A stretch of 64,000 bases of DNA, from NCBI GenBank assembly GCA_973895155.1, contig OZ316897.1, positions 9,199,832-9,263,831 on the forward strand, in the 5' to 3' direction. Below are positions 62,131 through 64,000 of this stretch, one piece after another (position 1 is the stretch's first letter; each line of letters opens with the position of its first letter). The stretch comes from Marsupella aquatica (Eukaryota > Plantae > Marchantiophyta). The position numbers were made by a program, and so were the translations under genes. Under the pieces are notes generated by a model, which worked only from the letters and a program-made list of their open reading frames with translations, was not told the DNA's origin and did no database searches.

Positions 62131-64000
62131 TGGAGGTCACGGGTGGGAATGTCCTAACAGGGAAAGGACCAGCCATAGGAAAATTTGCGCATAAGACAGT
62201 TTTACCCGAAGAAACTAGTTCCCAAACAGACTTGGTTGAAGAGAATCCTTGCTCGCTTTGCAGGTTTCATTTTCTCTTCTGATGGTTCAAACAGGGGGTT
62301 CCTCACTTCTGGATATCATCCAGCCCACTGAAGGCAGTCTCTGAGCTGAAATGGTACCTTAAGTTCATTCTTGACTGCAAATCCAAATATATTCAAGCCA
62401 TTATCTGAGACTAATGAGTTGGGACTTCAACAGTGAGGACCACCTTACGAATGAATAAGTTATCTTTGCATGGCTCACAGATAATGGGATGGACTTGTCA
62501 TCATGTATGCCATTCCTGTACTCGTGTGATAGAAACTGACGCCATGATAGAAAGCACGGTGAGAGTGCTTGCTATTCCATATGTGTGCATGCAGCTTGAA
62601 ACATTTGAATGTGGGTTGGTGCATTCGTTGTGTGGCAGAAGTAGGAGAGAAGTTGGAAGTTTTAATTCCTGTACAACGGCGATATACTGGATTCGATCCT
62701 CACCTCTTTGGACCAGGAGGCGACGAGTGACATGAACTGTTTACGAGAGCCAACACCAATTTATCACGTAAAATTGGCGACATTGAGCACTCAATCATGG
62801 GAATCCTTGGGAACCAACTCGGGCCCTTCAGAAATTGAACCCACATGTCATCCCACCTTGCATGCCACATGGCCTCCATCACTGTCTTAAATTGTCCTGT
62901 TGAGTTGTGTCGATGGACCGAAACGTCCTTGGTACTTGCAGCAGATGCCTTGTCTTTAGTGTGAGCCACTTGGCATTTCACCCGGGAGGAGATTGCCCAC
63001 GGATTTGTAACTGGCCTTTCTTTCAGGTCATTTTTTAACACTTTTCACAGATGGTCAAAGGCTCTGACTTCTGACCCCAAGATCAAGCTACCAAGTGTTC
63101 GTCGCATTGATTAATAAAGGTAGTAGAGTCCAGAGGTATAACTGACGTGTGCAGTACTGCTTTATAAGAAACATAGCCTCATACTAATTGCCCGCGGCTG
63201 TCAAATGAGAACTAAAACTAGTCCAACCCACCCACTGCCATGATTGTCCAACGCATCCAGCGTGATAATCCAACCACTTCCATAATGCAATGCAAAGACT
63301 AGTGGTAATATTAGAGAATATACAACTGAAAGTACTGAGACCACGATGTGAAATGTCCCCAAGGTCCTTTGGCAAAATAAATATCCCTACAGGAACCAAT
63401 AGCAACACAAATAACTGTTCTCTGGAACTGAAATCAATTGAAAATGTGAGATGTAATCTCAAATTAACCCCACCTTCTTTTCAGAAGCACACGGATTCCT
63501 TGAGCTGGCGAGATTCCTCGTATAGAATTTTGGTACCCTGCAACTCCTTGAATGAGACAAACAAATGAAACTCAACGACCCTCTGAAACTGACTCTGGAT
63601 CTGCATCTTCAATCTCCTGGTACTCGTCCGTTTTAGATTCAGTCCGAGGATACAACAAATAATGTTGTACGATGAATATAACATCAAATATAACCGATTC
63701 CTGCACACCAAGGTTCCACCGCATTCAAGGTTACAAACTAACGGAAATCACTTTCTACGGAGTCACAGACACATCTCATTGCACAATTCTGAATCAAACA
63801 GAAGAAAAAAATGTCAGACCTACATGAAAATTACGAAAACTAATCTAGATTATGACGTACCAGAGACAAGCCAATCTTGCCAACATTTCCGGTAAAATTT
63901 TGAAGAGAATCTGCACTCGAAAACAGGCATGGAGATCAGTTCTGTTCCACGAATCGGTCAGGAAAGTGAACCCCGAAGAAGCAAATCCTACGTGAAAAAG

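Overview
Eukaryotic land-plant genomic DNA with GT-AG introns. It is probably a bryophyte such as a liverwort, inferred only from the style of the UGT, F-box and LINE sequences. Six apparently intact host genes were reconstructed by hand: an intronless erlin/SPFH gene (+, 4390-5478); a 9-exon short-chain dehydrogenase/reductase (-, 6649-10267) head-to-head with a 9-exon phosphopantothenate-cysteine ligase (+, 11230-15714); an F-box/kelch-like gene (-, 38460-40091); a 3-exon LSF2-type phosphoglucan phosphatase (-, 50296-52403); and an intronless family-1 UDP-glycosyltransferase (+, 58658-60094). The intergenic DNA is a mosaic of mobile elements: a full-length, young but inactivated Ty1/copia element (27654-34364, TSD GCATT), a related solo LTR, an RLE-type (CRE/R2-like) non-LTR relic, L1 LINE relics, a PIF/Harbinger transposase relic, a CACTA-like end and a SINE-like element. 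The most unusual signals are: (1) two ~460-bp non-autonomous elements sharing CCC(G/A)GTTT termini, 8-bp TSDs, CCGTCA subterminal motifs and strand-asymmetric poly-G (G-quadruplex-like) cores; (2) a perfect 31-bp hairpin whose loop contains a TTTAGGG telomere motif; (3) a perfect 28-bp inverted repeat in the first SDR intron; (4) a consistent CAG->TAG nonsense signature in the copia polyprotein. No rRNA, bona fide tRNA or CRISPR array was found. All calls are by eye and from recalled family motifs; no database searches were run.
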